Positions 18,897 to 29,009 of a stretch of DNA of 61,650 bases are shown piece by piece. Under the pieces are notes generated by a model that was given only the letters and a program-made list of their open reading frames with translations, searched no databases and was not told the origin of the DNA. Origin of the DNA: Chitinophagaceae bacterium (GTDB lineage Bacteria > Bacteroidota > Bacteroidia > Chitinophagales > Chitinophagaceae); assembly GCA_031378605.1 (NCBI GenBank), contig JANNEK010000009.1, positions 1 to 61,650 on the forward strand, read 5' to 3'. Every line of letters starts with the position of its first letter. Positions within the stretch are counted from its first letter, which is position 1. The translations under genes and the position numbers were made by a program.

Positions 18897-18926
18897 GTTC
18901 CAACTAAAACCAACTAAAGAAAATAC

Positions 18927-19382
18927 TTATTGTTCAATTTGCTTTTTGTCTTTCTTAAATAACACCCAATTACTGGCATCTGTAGATTTAAGCACTATAA
19001 CGTTATCGGCATTTTCAATACTTATATAATAAGCAGTTTCATTTCCGCTTGCCATTTCAAATAAATCGGTGATCCAAAAGTTGCCATATTCTTTTTTAAG
19101 ATCATTTTGCAAATTAATTGGTAACTGGCTCGATAAAATATTACGGGTAGTTGCCAGCATCTCTCCTTCCTCTGAATAAAAGGCAAATAAAACCTGGCCA
19201 TTCAACGAAAATGTAGCTTTTGCATACTCTTTACTCCTTTCCCATTTAACATCTTTAGCGTTGATAAAGTCTTTTTGAAAAGAACTAATTACTTTTTGAC
19301 TAACTCCTTCGATATTATTGGCGAAGGTGCTGCTCAATCCAATTATAAGGATTAGTGACAGGCTTAAAATACTCTTTTTCAT
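18927..19382 (-). CDS. Secreted PepSY-like/BLIP-like protein (paralog 1)
   Basis: MKK signal peptide; SFQKDFINAKDVKW, FYSEEGEMLA, LPINL. Confidence 0.65.
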   Translation of the reverse strand: MKKSILSLSLILIIGLSSTFANNIEGVSQKVISSFQKDFINAKDVKWERSKEYAKATFSLNGQVLFAFYSEEGEMLATTRNILSSQLPINLQNDLKKEYGNFWITDLFEMASGNETAYYISIENADNVIVLKSTDASNWVLFKKDKKQIEQ

Positions 19383-19432
19383 TTTATTAAATTTTTATAC
19401 TTAAGGTTTATTTTCTGAGTTACGCTATATAG

Positions 19433-19458
19433 GACGTATGCTGTTTAAAAATGTTACA
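19433..19458 (-). promoter_or_regulatory. ECF sigma-type promoter candidate TGTAACA-N15-CGTC
   Basis: TAAC/CGTC bipartite motif about 50 nt upstream of the ATG at 19382. Confidence 0.45.
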
Positions 19459-19918
19459 GTTTAACATCCAAATTTTTCTTTTCCTTTTTCAATACACTGA
19501 TACTTCCATTACTATATGCCTGGATATATAGTTTAAGTTTCTCACTTTCAAGTTTAACGATATAACTTGTTTCAGATGCCGAACCAAACTCAATAGTTTC
19601 AAGAACTGTATATTGATTATACTTTTCTTTAATATTTTTTGCTGTTAACATAGGAAGGCTCTCAAACTTTAAATACCTGCCTGTTGCCAACAATGTTCCT
19701 TCCTCATTAAAATAAGAATTAAGCGCTTCGTTATTGTAAATAAAGAAAGCATGGTAAATTTCTTTGCCGACCAATACTTCCCATTTTACAGATTGTGCGC
19801 CTGAAAACTCTTTTTCAAAAGATTGTGTAACCAGTGGGTTATCGATTGTTTTTACGTTCGCTACTGCGTTACCATTTACTACTGCTGCAATTAAAATTGC
19901 AAAAAAAATCTTTTTCAT
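19454..19918 (-). CDS. Secreted PepSY-like/BLIP-like protein (paralog 2)
   Basis: MKK signal; SFEKEFSGAQSVKW, YFNEEGTLLA, SLPML. Confidence 0.65.
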   Translation of the reverse strand: MKKIFFAILIAAVVNGNAVANVKTIDNPLVTQSFEKEFSGAQSVKWEVLVGKEIYHAFFIYNNEALNSYFNEEGTLLATGRYLKFESLPMLTAKNIKEKYNQYTVLETIEFGSASETSYIVKLESEKLKLYIQAYSNGSISVLKKEKKNLDVKL

Positions 19919-20403
19919 AATTAAAAATATTATAAGGTTTAATGACTAATGATAATTGATTGCGACAACAAAATAACTGTGCTAAAAAGTATTTGTCAAC
20001 TACAAAACGGTGAATGGTGGTTTTTTCGGGATAAACTGTACATTTTTTCCACCAATCTTTTTTATATATCTTTTTGTCAATTTCCTATCGCTTTCTTATA
20101 TCCTATTCTATGATGACACAAAGATATTTTTGTTACAGGCTGTTGCAAGCAAATAATGATTAGTGGGGGCCAATGTTAAGCCAGGTTAAATAATCCTGAA
20201 AAAAAAAACAATCCTAAATTTTTTTTAATGCCCTAAAATGCAAGTGCAGCAAGGGTTGCAGATTAAATGCCGATTAATAGAAGTTTACTGTTAACTGATG
20301 GTTAAATAGGAATAAATAATTTTGAATGCTCAAAAAACGTACATCAACTGTACGATAACGTACAATTTAATGGTAAAAGAAAACTTTACAATATGTTTGT
20401 TTT

Positions 20404-21000
20404 ATGAATTATCTCGCGCATGCCTTCTTATCTTTTCGTGACCCGGAAATTTTGGTCGGTAATATTATAAGTGATTTTGTAAAAGGAAAAAAAAAGTTCG
20501 ACTATCCTAATAATATTTTAAAGGGAATTCAATTGCATCGTGCGATTGATCAATTTACCGATCAACACGATGTTACCCGCATGGCAAAAGAAATTTTCAG
20601 GCCTTATTACCGGCTTTATAGTGGAGCTTTTACCGATATTGTATATGATCATTATCTCGCAAACGATTTAACAAAATTTAACGAAACCCAGCTACTTGAT
20701 TTTAGCCAATGGGTATATATTACATTGGATGATTATCAACAATATTTTCCCGAACATTTTTCAAGGATGTATCCCTATATGAAACAGCAAAATTGGTTGT
20801 ATAATTACCGGCTCCGGTCTGGTATGGAAAAAAGCTTTGGTGGATTGGTTCGCAGGGCAGCCTATCTTACTGAAAGTGAAATGGCTTTCCGATTATTTGA
20901 AGAAAACTATGAACGCCTAAACCGTTACTATCAATCCTTTTTCCCGGAACTTTATCGTTTTGCTTTTAATCAAATGAAGGAAATCCAATCATCCGGCTAA
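20404..21000 (+). CDS. acpH: ACP phosphodiesterase
   Basis: MNYLAH, DFVKG, LHRAIDQFTD, DIVYDHYLA. Confidence 0.85.
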   Translation: MNYLAHAFLSFRDPEILVGNIISDFVKGKKKFDYPNNILKGIQLHRAIDQFTDQHDVTRMAKEIFRPYYRLYSGAFTDIVYDHYLANDLTKFNETQLLDFSQWVYITLDDYQQYFPEHFSRMYPYMKQQNWLYNYRLRSGMEKSFGGLVRRAAYLTESEMAFRLFEENYERLNRYYQSFFPELYRFAFNQMKEIQSSG

Positions 21001-21077
21001 TATTTTATAAACCCGATCTGACTATCTTTATTTTGTAATATCAGAAATCAATTATTTTTACAAAAAATATAACTCTA

Positions 21078-21641
21078 ATGAATAGATTAATTGTTATGCT
21101 CGTAATTTTTTTCTTATCGATAGCTACGATGAATGCCCAGAATCGTTTTCCACCGATCGATAAATCACCGATGGATATGGCATACTTCCCTATCAGTTAT
21201 CCGATACTCAAAATTCAAAACAAAGCTACGGAGCCAATGATGGCACGCGTTATATATAGCAGGCCGCAAAAAAATGGAAGAGTTGTTTTTGGTGAACTGG
21301 TAGAATACGGCAAAGTATGGAGACTGGGGGCTAATGAAGCAACCGAAATTGAATTATTTAAAGATGCAAAAATAGGAGCCAATAAACTTAAAAAAGGTAA
21401 ATACACATTGTATGCAATTCCGATGGAAGGTAAATGGACACTTATTATTAATAAAGAAACTGATATCTGGGGCGCTTTTCAATATGATTCAAAAAAAGAT
21501 GTTTTTCGAATAGATGTACGTACCGAAAAGGCAACTGAACCGTTGGAAGCTTTTTCAATGGTTTTTGAAAAAATAACTGGTGGGGCTAACCTGATCATTG
21601 CATGGGACGATACATTTGCCAAGCTTCCTTTTACCTGGTAA
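21078..21641 (+). CDS. DUF2911 domain protein
   Basis: VIYSRPQKNGR, VWRLGANEAT, WGAFQYD. Confidence 0.85.
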   Translation: MNRLIVMLVIFFLSIATMNAQNRFPPIDKSPMDMAYFPISYPILKIQNKATEPMMARVIYSRPQKNGRVVFGELVEYGKVWRLGANEATEIELFKDAKIGANKLKKGKYTLYAIPMEGKWTLIINKETDIWGAFQYDSKKDVFRIDVRTEKATEPLEAFSMVFEKITGGANLIIAWDDTFAKLPFTW

Positions 21642-21667
21642 GCGTTAATTATTAATTTTTTTTGTTT

Positions 21668-21697
21668 ACCCTCGCTATTGCGGGGGGTTTAATTTTT
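21668..21697 (+). terminator. Possible intrinsic terminator
   Basis: CCCTCGC-TATT-GCGGGGG followed by T-rich sequence. Confidence 0.5.
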
Positions 21698-21728
21698 AAC
21701 GCTTGCAAACTAAACCGATATTTACAGA

Positions 21729-23597
21729 ATGTGTGGTATAGCCGGTATTATAGGTGTTGCACCGAACCAGTTCACTGTTGATGCTTTACAAAAAATGACG
21801 CATGCATTGGCCCATCGCGGGCCTGATGGAGAAGCTTTATGGGTAAATGAAAATGCTACGGTGTTGTTGGGTCATCGACGCTTATCGGTTATTGATTTAA
21901 GCACAGCAGCAAATCAGCCGATGCATTATTTAAACCGCTATTCAATAATACACAATGGAGAAATATATAACTATCTTGAATTAAAAGAAGCACTTCTTCA
22001 AAAGGGATATCAATTTTCTACCAAAAGCGATACAGAAGTAATACTTGCAGCCTACGATTGTTACAAGGAAAAATGCTTGCAGCATTTTGATGGAATGTTT
22101 GCTTTTGCCATTTGGGATGAACAGGAAAAAAAATTATTCGCCGCCAGAGATCGCTTTGGAGAAAAACCCTTTTACTACTATTTTAACAAAGAAAAAAAAC
22201 AATTGATTTTCGCTTCTGAATTGAAAGCGTTGTGGGTAATAGGTTTACCCCGGCATATTGATGAATCCATGCTGCTAAATTATCTTTCACTTGGTTATAC
22301 CTCGCACCCCACTGACCCTGCTAAAACTTTCTATTCAGATTACCAGAAATTGCCTGCCGCTCACTATTTAAAATTCAGTCCTTACACAAATGAAAACAAT
22401 GTTGAAATCATTCGTTACTGGAAAATCAATAGTGAAAATGTAACATCAATACCTGCGGAAGAAGCTATCCGGCAATTTTCTCATCTATTTCATCAGTCCA
22501 TTCAACAACGTTTACGCTCAGATGTTTCTATTGGTACAAGCTTAAGTGGTGGGCTTGATAGTTCTTCGGTTGCAGGTGGTATTTATAAACAGTTATCTGT
22601 AAATCCACTTTACAAACAACAAACATTCACAGCCAGTTTTCCACAATTTGAAAAAGATGAATCCGTGTTCGCAAAAGAAATAGCTGCACAATTTAACCTT
22701 CAACAATATTTTTCTTATCCTTCTGCTAATCTCATGGCATCTGAATTGGAAAAATTAATTCAACATCACGAAGAGCCTATTGGTTCGGCCAGTGTATATG
22801 CTCAATATAAATTATTTCAACTGGCCAAAGAACAGGGGATAAAAGTATTGTTAGACGGCCAGGGAGCTGATGAAATACTGGCAGGTTATTCAAAGTACAT
22901 TCATTGGTTTTTGCAGGAATTGCTGGCAAAACAAAAATTTAGTTTGTTTAGAGAGGAAAAAAAACTATTAACCCAACATGGCATCCCTTTTAAATGGACG
23001 GCTATTAATTTTTTAGCAGCATTCTTTCCTGCACTGGCTAAGAAACAATTAGAAGAAAGAACAAAGAATATTTTTTTAAACGATGAAAACATTGATGAAG
23101 AATTTAGAAATACTTTTTTAAAGGAAGAAGGAAGTTACAAGCCGCTTATTCATTCTTTAAATGATATACTAAATTATAATGTAACAGGCATTGGGTTGGA
23201 GGAACTGCTTCGGTATGCCGATAAAAATTCAATGGCAAGTGGTGTTGAAGTACGATTGCCTTTTTTACAGCACGAACTGGTACAATTTATTTTTTCCTTA
23301 CCGTCAACGCTTAAAATTAATAGTGGTTATACCAAGTGGATTCTTCGCAAGGCAATGGAACCATTGCTTCCGTTGGATATAGTATGGAGAACCGAGAAAA
23401 TCGGGTTTGAACCTCCTCAAAAAGATTGGATGGCAAATTCAACGATTGAAGAACTTATACGAACAGCCAAAGTACAATTAGTAAAACGGGGTATTCTAAA
23501 AAAATCTGTATTGAATAAAAAAATTCAGCCACATAGTTCGTATGCGGCTGAGAGTGATGATTGGCGTTACCTTTCTGCAGGGTTACTTTATTCTTGA
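21729..23597 (+). CDS. asnB: Asparagine synthase (glutamine-hydrolysing) family amidotransferase
   Basis: MCGIAG, HRGPD, HNGEIYN, RDRFGEKP, LSGGLDSS, GQGADE. Confidence 0.9.
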   Translation: MCGIAGIIGVAPNQFTVDALQKMTHALAHRGPDGEALWVNENATVLLGHRRLSVIDLSTAANQPMHYLNRYSIIHNGEIYNYLELKEALLQKGYQFSTKSDTEVILAAYDCYKEKCLQHFDGMFAFAIWDEQEKKLFAARDRFGEKPFYYYFNKEKKQLIFASELKALWVIGLPRHIDESMLLNYLSLGYTSHPTDPAKTFYSDYQKLPAAHYLKFSPYTNENNVEIIRYWKINSENVTSIPAEEAIRQFSHLFHQSIQQRLRSDVSIGTSLSGGLDSSSVAGGIYKQLSVNPLYKQQTFTASFPQFEKDESVFAKEIAAQFNLQQYFSYPSANLMASELEKLIQHHEEPIGSASVYAQYKLFQLAKEQGIKVLLDGQGADEILAGYSKYIHWFLQELLAKQKFSLFREEKKLLTQHGIPFKWTAINFLAAFFPALAKKQLEERTKNIFLNDENIDEEFRNTFLKEEGSYKPLIHSLNDILNYNVTGIGLEELLRYADKNSMASGVEVRLPFLQHELVQFIFSLPSTLKINSGYTKWILRKAMEPLLPLDIVWRTEKIGFEPPQKDWMANSTIEELIRTAKVQLVKRGILKKSVLNKKIQPHSSYAAESDDWRYLSAGLLYS

Positions 23598-23601
23598 GGC
23601 A

Positions 23602-24033
23602 TTATCCTTTTTTATATTTTTCATATACCTGGCTATTGCCAGAAGCATCCACCTTCAGTGTTATCCAATTTTTTGCGTCTTGCATCTTTACAAAAAATAC
23701 CATATCATCACCTACTGTTATCTCCGTTACACCAAACAACTCCTTCGTTGGGTTTTCTTTTTTTAGTTTGGTGAAAATATTGATTGGTAAGTATATTGGT
23801 TCGTAGTACCGGATTGAGCCAAGAATGTTTGCATCTTTATCATAGTTAATTTTCGACTGTGTGCCAGAATATATAAAACTTACAGAGTAGTAATCCGCAA
23901 ATTCCTGCCACCGTACATTTTGTGCAGTTGTAAACGTTTCTGAAAAGGCCTTCATTACTTTTGTATTGGGGTCGAAGGCAAAACTGGCTGCTGCCAAAAG
24001 GCAACTGCAGAATAATACAATCATTTTTTTCAT
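23602..24033 (-). CDS. Secreted PepSY-like/BLIP-like protein (paralog 3)
   Basis: MKK signal; AFSETFTTAQNVRW, YDKDANILG, YLPINI. Confidence 0.65.
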   Translation of the reverse strand: MKKMIVLFCSCLLAAASFAFDPNTKVMKAFSETFTTAQNVRWQEFADYYSVSFIYSGTQSKINYDKDANILGSIRYYEPIYLPINIFTKLKKENPTKELFGVTEITVGDDMVFFVKMQDAKNWITLKVDASGNSQVYEKYKKG

Positions 24034-24361
24034 GGCTAAAATTTTTATTAATTTAATAATGGCGTTGCTATCCTAAAGCTAAGTACACAACAACTCTAAG
24101 TCAGGCAGATTGGTAAGGGCGGAATAATTATTTTGTGATGTACGAAAGATTTCGCACATATTGACAAAAAAAATATTCTTTCCTCCTTAGCTAATACAAT
24201 ACCCTATTGAGTTCTACAGGTGTTGCATATTTATTTTCAGGTTGTGGTTAATCGTATGTTAAAGTACAAGTGCGGAAATTTATCTTTTCAGTAATGAATC
24301 ACTTTTAATGAATCCACGATTATTCTGCATCTTTGCATCATTAAAATTGGAGAACACTTAT

Positions 24362-25501
24362 ATGAAACCAGCTACTTTATTTATTCATGCCGGTGCCGAA
24401 CCTGATCCTTCAACAGGATCAATTATGACACCCATTTATCAAACGTCGACATATGTTCAATCTGCACCTGGCAATCATAAAGGATATGAATATGCCCGTA
24501 GTCAGAATCCGACACGTAAAGCATTGGAAGATGCATTGGCTATTATTGAAAATGGAAAGTTTGGATTAGCTTTCAGCAGTGGTGTAGCAGCTACTGATGC
24601 AGTGATTAAACTTTTAGAACCCGGCAATGAAGTTATATGCGCAAACGATATGTATGGCGGTACTTATAGACTATTCACCAAAGTTTTTGAAAAATTTGGT
24701 ATCCGATTTATTTATGTAGATACTACGAATCCGGAAAATATTAAAAACGCAATAACATCCAACACAAAATTGGTATGGTTAGAAACGCCTACCAATCCAT
24801 TAATGAATATTACCGATATAGCTGCTGTTGCTGCTATTACTAATCATAAAAATATTTTACTGGCGGTTGATAATACGTTTGCATCGCCCTATCTTCAAAA
24901 CCCATTAAACCTTGGTGCCGACATTGTGATGCATAGTGCTACAAAATACCTTGGTGGGCATAGCGATGTTATACAAGGGTGCCTTATTGTAAATGATAAA
25001 GAACTTCGTGAAAAATTATACTTTATTCAAAAAAGTTGCGGTGCTGTTCCGGGGCCTATGGATTGCTTTCTGGTATTGCGGGGTATTAAGACATTGCAGG
25101 TGCGAATGAAACAACATTGTGAAAATGGAAAAATTATAGCCCATTGGCTACGCAGTCATGCCAAAATAGCAAAAGTATATTGGCCCGGATTTGAGGATCA
25201 TCCTGGTTATGCTGTTGCAAAAAAACAAATGCTTGATTTTGGAGGTATGATCAGTTTTGAATTAAAGGATGATAGCTTACAGGAAGCAACAAGGGTATTA
25301 TCTTCTACAAAATTATTCTCCTTAGCAGAAAGTTTAGGCGGTGTTGAAAGCCTGATCAATCACCCCGCTTCGATGACACATGCTTCTATACCTCGTGAAG
25401 AAAGAATTAAGAATGGTTTACGCGATTCGCTTATACGACTCAGTGTTGGCATTGAAGATGCCGGCGATTTAATAGAAGACTTGCAAAAAGCCATAGGATA
25501 A
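24362..25501 (+). CDS. Cystathionine gamma-lyase/synthase (PLP-dependent)
   Basis: PIYQTSTY, YARSQNPTR, ETPTNP, VDNTF, SATKYLGGHSD, AESLGGVES. Confidence 0.93.
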   Translation: MKPATLFIHAGAEPDPSTGSIMTPIYQTSTYVQSAPGNHKGYEYARSQNPTRKALEDALAIIENGKFGLAFSSGVAATDAVIKLLEPGNEVICANDMYGGTYRLFTKVFEKFGIRFIYVDTTNPENIKNAITSNTKLVWLETPTNPLMNITDIAAVAAITNHKNILLAVDNTFASPYLQNPLNLGADIVMHSATKYLGGHSDVIQGCLIVNDKELREKLYFIQKSCGAVPGPMDCFLVLRGIKTLQVRMKQHCENGKIIAHWLRSHAKIAKVYWPGFEDHPGYAVAKKQMLDFGGMISFELKDDSLQEATRVLSSTKLFSLAESLGGVESLINHPASMTHASIPREERIKNGLRDSLIRLSVGIEDAGDLIEDLQKAIG

Positions 25502-25519
25502 TACTTCTATTGCTAAGGA

Positions 25520-26299
25520 ATGGTAAATAAAAATAATAATCTAAAAGATTTTTTTGATACGAAGGTTGATTTATACAATCAACCTTCATTCATTAAAAAC
25601 GATCCCATTTCTATTCCTCATTTGTTCAGCAAAAAACAGGATATCGAAATTGCCGGATTGTTTGCAGCGCTTTTTTCATGGGGAAACAGAACTACCATTA
25701 TTAATAAGTCGAAGGAGCTTATGGATCGAATGGATAATGCACCCCACGATTTTATAGTAAATCATACCAAAAAAAATCTGAAAAATATTCTTTCCTTTAA
25801 ACACCGAACATTTAATGATACTGATTTATTATATTTTATTGAGTTCCTGAAAATGCATTACGGCAAGAATCCATCGCTTGAAACGGCGTTTTCAAAATGG
25901 ATGCAAGGAACAGATAATGATATTGAAAAAGGACTGAATGGGTTTTATACTTATTTTTTTTCTTTAGACGATGCCCCTGACCGAACCCGAAAACATATTG
26001 CCTGCCCTTACAAAAAATCAAGTTGCAAAAGATTGAATATGTTTTTGCGATGGATGGTGCGTAATGATAATAAAGGAGTAGATTTTGGAATTTGGAAAAC
26101 GATAAAACCTTCTCAGTTAATTTGCCCCATAGATGTACATGTTGCAAGGGTGGCTCACCGTTTTTTAGTACTCGAAAGAAAACCGATTGACTGGCTTGCA
26201 GCGAAAGAGCTAACGGCTTATTTAAGAACACTCGATTCGAATGATCCGGTAAAATATGATTTTGCCTTATTTGGAATGGGTGTAATGGAGAAGTTTTAA
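25520..26299 (+). CDS. TIGR02757/DUF2400 family protein
   Basis: DPISIPH, CKRLNMFLRWMVR, PIDVHV, DPVKYDFALFG. Confidence 0.9.
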   Translation: MVNKNNNLKDFFDTKVDLYNQPSFIKNDPISIPHLFSKKQDIEIAGLFAALFSWGNRTTIINKSKELMDRMDNAPHDFIVNHTKKNLKNILSFKHRTFNDTDLLYFIEFLKMHYGKNPSLETAFSKWMQGTDNDIEKGLNGFYTYFFSLDDAPDRTRKHIACPYKKSSCKRLNMFLRWMVRNDNKGVDFGIWKTIKPSQLICPIDVHVARVAHRFLVLERKPIDWLAAKELTAYLRTLDSNDPVKYDFALFGMGVMEKF

Positions 26300-26441
26300 G
26301 AACCTGTCTAAAATTCATATTTCTAATAACAGAAGCCGCAGATTCGCAGATTAAAAAACCTCAACTAGAATAACTTATCCGTACTACATCCTGCGAATCT
26401 GCGGCTATACAAAAAATATAAAATCATTTTTAGACAGCCTC
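26300..26441. mobile_element. IS5-like MITE (TAA target duplication) containing an internal 16-bp inverted repeat
   Basis: Ends GAACCTGTCTAAAA / TTTTAGACAGCCTC (12/14 match), TAA on both sides (26297-26299, 26442-26444); inner perfect IR AGCCGCAGATTCGCAG (26334-26349 / 26391-26406). Confidence 0.65.
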
Positions 26442-26493
26442 TAAGAAGCTGTAAAGTTGTATTTCTTATTAACCAGCATTGTAACTTTATAAT

Positions 26494-26808
26494 ATGAATA
26501 TTGAAGAAAATAATATTGAACATTTAATAGCACTGGTAACCACCAATAAACCCTCGAATGAAACTCACAACAAATTATCGGTGGCTATAAACGAATTAAT
26601 CTTATCAGATTTTGATAAATTAGTATTACTGCTCTATCGTTTGGATGTTGATGAAAAGAAACTTCGAGCCATTTTAAAAGAAAAACCAGGTACCGATGCG
26701 GGTCATACTATTGCAGATTTAATAATCGAACGGCAAGTACAGAAAATAAAATCCCGGCAACAATTTAGTCAGCGGGATAATAATATTAGTGAAGAAGAGA
26801 AATGGTAA
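26494..26808 (+). CDS. Conserved hypothetical protein
   Basis: ATG start, 104 aa, LLYRLDVDEKK and LIIERQ motifs seen in small Bacteroidota proteins. Confidence 0.7.
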   Translation: MNIEENNIEHLIALVTTNKPSNETHNKLSVAINELILSDFDKLVLLLYRLDVDEKKLRAILKEKPGTDAGHTIADLIIERQVQKIKSRQQFSQRDNNISEEEKW

Positions 26809-26821
26809 TTATTATTCAGGT

Positions 26822-27514
26822 TTAAGATTCTACCGGTTCTCTTTTAGTTTTTGTTTTTTCAAATTGAAGTGATTTTATTTTTTCTTTATCATCTTTTACA
26901 TTTTTAAGATCGAACATCGTTCCAAACACATGATCCCAAATGGTAGAGCTTACACCAAATCCATGGTGATCATCTTTATAATGATGTAAGTGATGGTTTC
27001 TCCATAAAGGTTTCATCCATTTGAATGGAGGGTTCCATGCATGAATGGCATAATGCATGGTTCCGTAGGTTAAATACCCAATGATAAAGCCTGGAAAAAA
27101 CATAAATGCATAAGATCCTGCAACCAGGTACATAATTCCAAAAATAGTAGCCGAAATTAATAAACTAGGTACCGGAGGCATAAACAATCGCTGTTTATCG
27201 CGTGGGTAGTTATGATGATTGCCGTGCAGTACATAAGCAAACTTTTGAATTCGTGGATTTTCACTTACCCAATGAAAAATATAACGATGTGCCAAATATT
27301 CAAAGATGGTCCAGAATGCCATACCTCCGAGGAAGGTCAAAATAATACGAAGCGTACTGTAATTATAACTTGTTGCAGCAGTGTAAATAAAAAAACTTAA
27401 AATTGGTATATACATCCCCCAAATTACCAGTGGATGACTTTTCGTAAGCATTTCCAAAAATGGATTATCAAACAAACGAGCCTGCCCTTTATTATGAATT
27501 TTCTTCACTTCCAT
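26822..27514 (-). CDS. Fatty-acid hydroxylase / sterol desaturase family protein
   Basis: His boxes HRYIFH, HGNHH, HYAIH, HHLHH; WDHVFGT. Confidence 0.9.
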   Translation of the reverse strand: MEVKKIHNKGQARLFDNPFLEMLTKSHPLVIWGMYIPILSFFIYTAATSYNYSTLRIILTFLGGMAFWTIFEYLAHRYIFHWVSENPRIQKFAYVLHGNHHNYPRDKQRLFMPPVPSLLISATIFGIMYLVAGSYAFMFFPGFIIGYLTYGTMHYAIHAWNPPFKWMKPLWRNHHLHHYKDDHHGFGVSSTIWDHVFGTMFDLKNVKDDKEKIKSLQFEKTKTKREPVES

Positions 27515-27561
27515 AGATTCAATTTTACAACGCAAAAATACGTCAGTTTCCTTAAAAAAAC

Positions 27562-28947
27562 CTACCCTTTTAATTGATCGAAAACATCACTTGCAAATTG
27601 CTCAAGACTGGGGTCGCGTGCACCCATTAATAATAGAATACAATTATTAGTGAGATGAGGTTTAACATTTTGTAAAAAACTAGCACGATCTTCTACAAAA
27701 AAGGCTTTTTTGTTTAATCTTTTAATATCATTGACTAAATCATTGGCCGAAATATCTTTAACCGCGGTTCCACCTGCATAAAAAATTTCACTCATCCATA
27801 TTTCATCATCGGGGCGCAATACGTTCGCAATTTCCTGTACAAAATCGTTTCGTAAAAAACGGGTTGGCCCATAACCATGCGGTTGAAACCAGGCAATTAG
27901 TTTGGGGGCAACGGCCTGGCAGGCCTCCATAGAGGCAGCACATTTAGCAGGATTGTGCGCATAATCATCCACCACCCAAACACCATTGCAATTTCCCAAT
28001 ACCTGATGCCTTCGATATATGCCTTCATAATTTTTTAAGGAGGCGGCGCATGTTGATAAGTCTACGCCTATTTGATTGGCTACCGCTATAGCAGCCATCG
28101 CATTTTCCATATTGTGTTTCCCTATTGTGTGGATAGTAAATGCAGTATTATTCACGTTAAATTGAATCTCAAACCCTTTTTGAAAAAAATTAATTGCCTT
28201 AAAATTAGCAGTTGTAGCGTCATCGGTTGAAAAATCAAATTGATTGTTTTGCGATAACTGTTTCGCGAAAAAATTTGATTGATTAACGATAAATTTAGTA
28301 GAGTTGTTTTTAAAAATGTTGAATATCTCCATTAATTCATCCATCTCTTTGTGATCCTTATCTACATTTAATAGCAATCCAATTTCAGCATAATATTGTA
28401 CAATGGATCCGTCACTTTCATCGGCCTCAATTACCAACCATTCTCCTTTTCCTACTTTTGCATTTCCTATTTTACCCTCTTTTATAATGCTCATCAGGCC
28501 AGCTCCGCTTATGATACTGGGATGTATACCCGCAAATTCCAATATATCAAATAACATGGCAGATGTAGTAGATTTTCCAGATGTACCTCCTACTGCAATC
28601 GTTTTTTTGCTGGCAGCTATAATGGCCAATAATTCGGAACGCTTGATAATTGGAATGTTTAGTTGCTTTGCTTTTTGCACTTCCTCAATGGTATCTTCTA
28701 CAGCAGTGGAAACGACGACGAGATCAGTGTTCGCTGTTATACCATCGCCATTTTGCAAAAAACATTGAATGCCTTCTGCTTCCAATTTTAATTTGGTTTC
28801 ACTCTTTGTGCCGGGTACAAAATACCGATCACTGCCACTTACGTTTTTTCCAATGCCCTGGAGATATTGTGCTAATGCACTCATACCTGTACCTGCAATA
28901 CCAATAAAAAAAGGTTGATTAAAATCTCTTATCGTCTTTATCATCAA
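27562..28947 (-). CDS. Stand-alone MurC/Mpl-like Mur ligase
   Basis: FIGIAGTGMSALA, GTSGKSTT, EADESDGS, DDYAHNP, FQPH. Confidence 0.85.
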   Translation of the reverse strand: MMIKTIRDFNQPFFIGIAGTGMSALAQYLQGIGKNVSGSDRYFVPGTKSETKLKLEAEGIQCFLQNGDGITANTDLVVVSTAVEDTIEEVQKAKQLNIPIIKRSELLAIIAASKKTIAVGGTSGKSTTSAMLFDILEFAGIHPSIISGAGLMSIIKEGKIGNAKVGKGEWLVIEADESDGSIVQYYAEIGLLLNVDKDHKEMDELMEIFNIFKNNSTKFIVNQSNFFAKQLSQNNQFDFSTDDATTANFKAINFFQKGFEIQFNVNNTAFTIHTIGKHNMENAMAAIAVANQIGVDLSTCAASLKNYEGIYRRHQVLGNCNGVWVVDDYAHNPAKCAASMEACQAVAPKLIAWFQPHGYGPTRFLRNDFVQEIANVLRPDDEIWMSEIFYAGGTAVKDISANDLVNDIKRLNKKAFFVEDRASFLQNVKPHLTNNCILLLMGARDPSLEQFASDVFDQLKG

Positions 28948-29009
28948 ACAAAAGTAACAGAGCTAATTCAATAATTATTACAGAAATTTGCGGCACTTAA
29001 TTGTTATTT

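Noticed and set aside
21729-23597. asnB as a lasso-peptide cyclase
   Set aside because: Intact N-terminal Cys glutaminase domain and no B protein or precursor nearby
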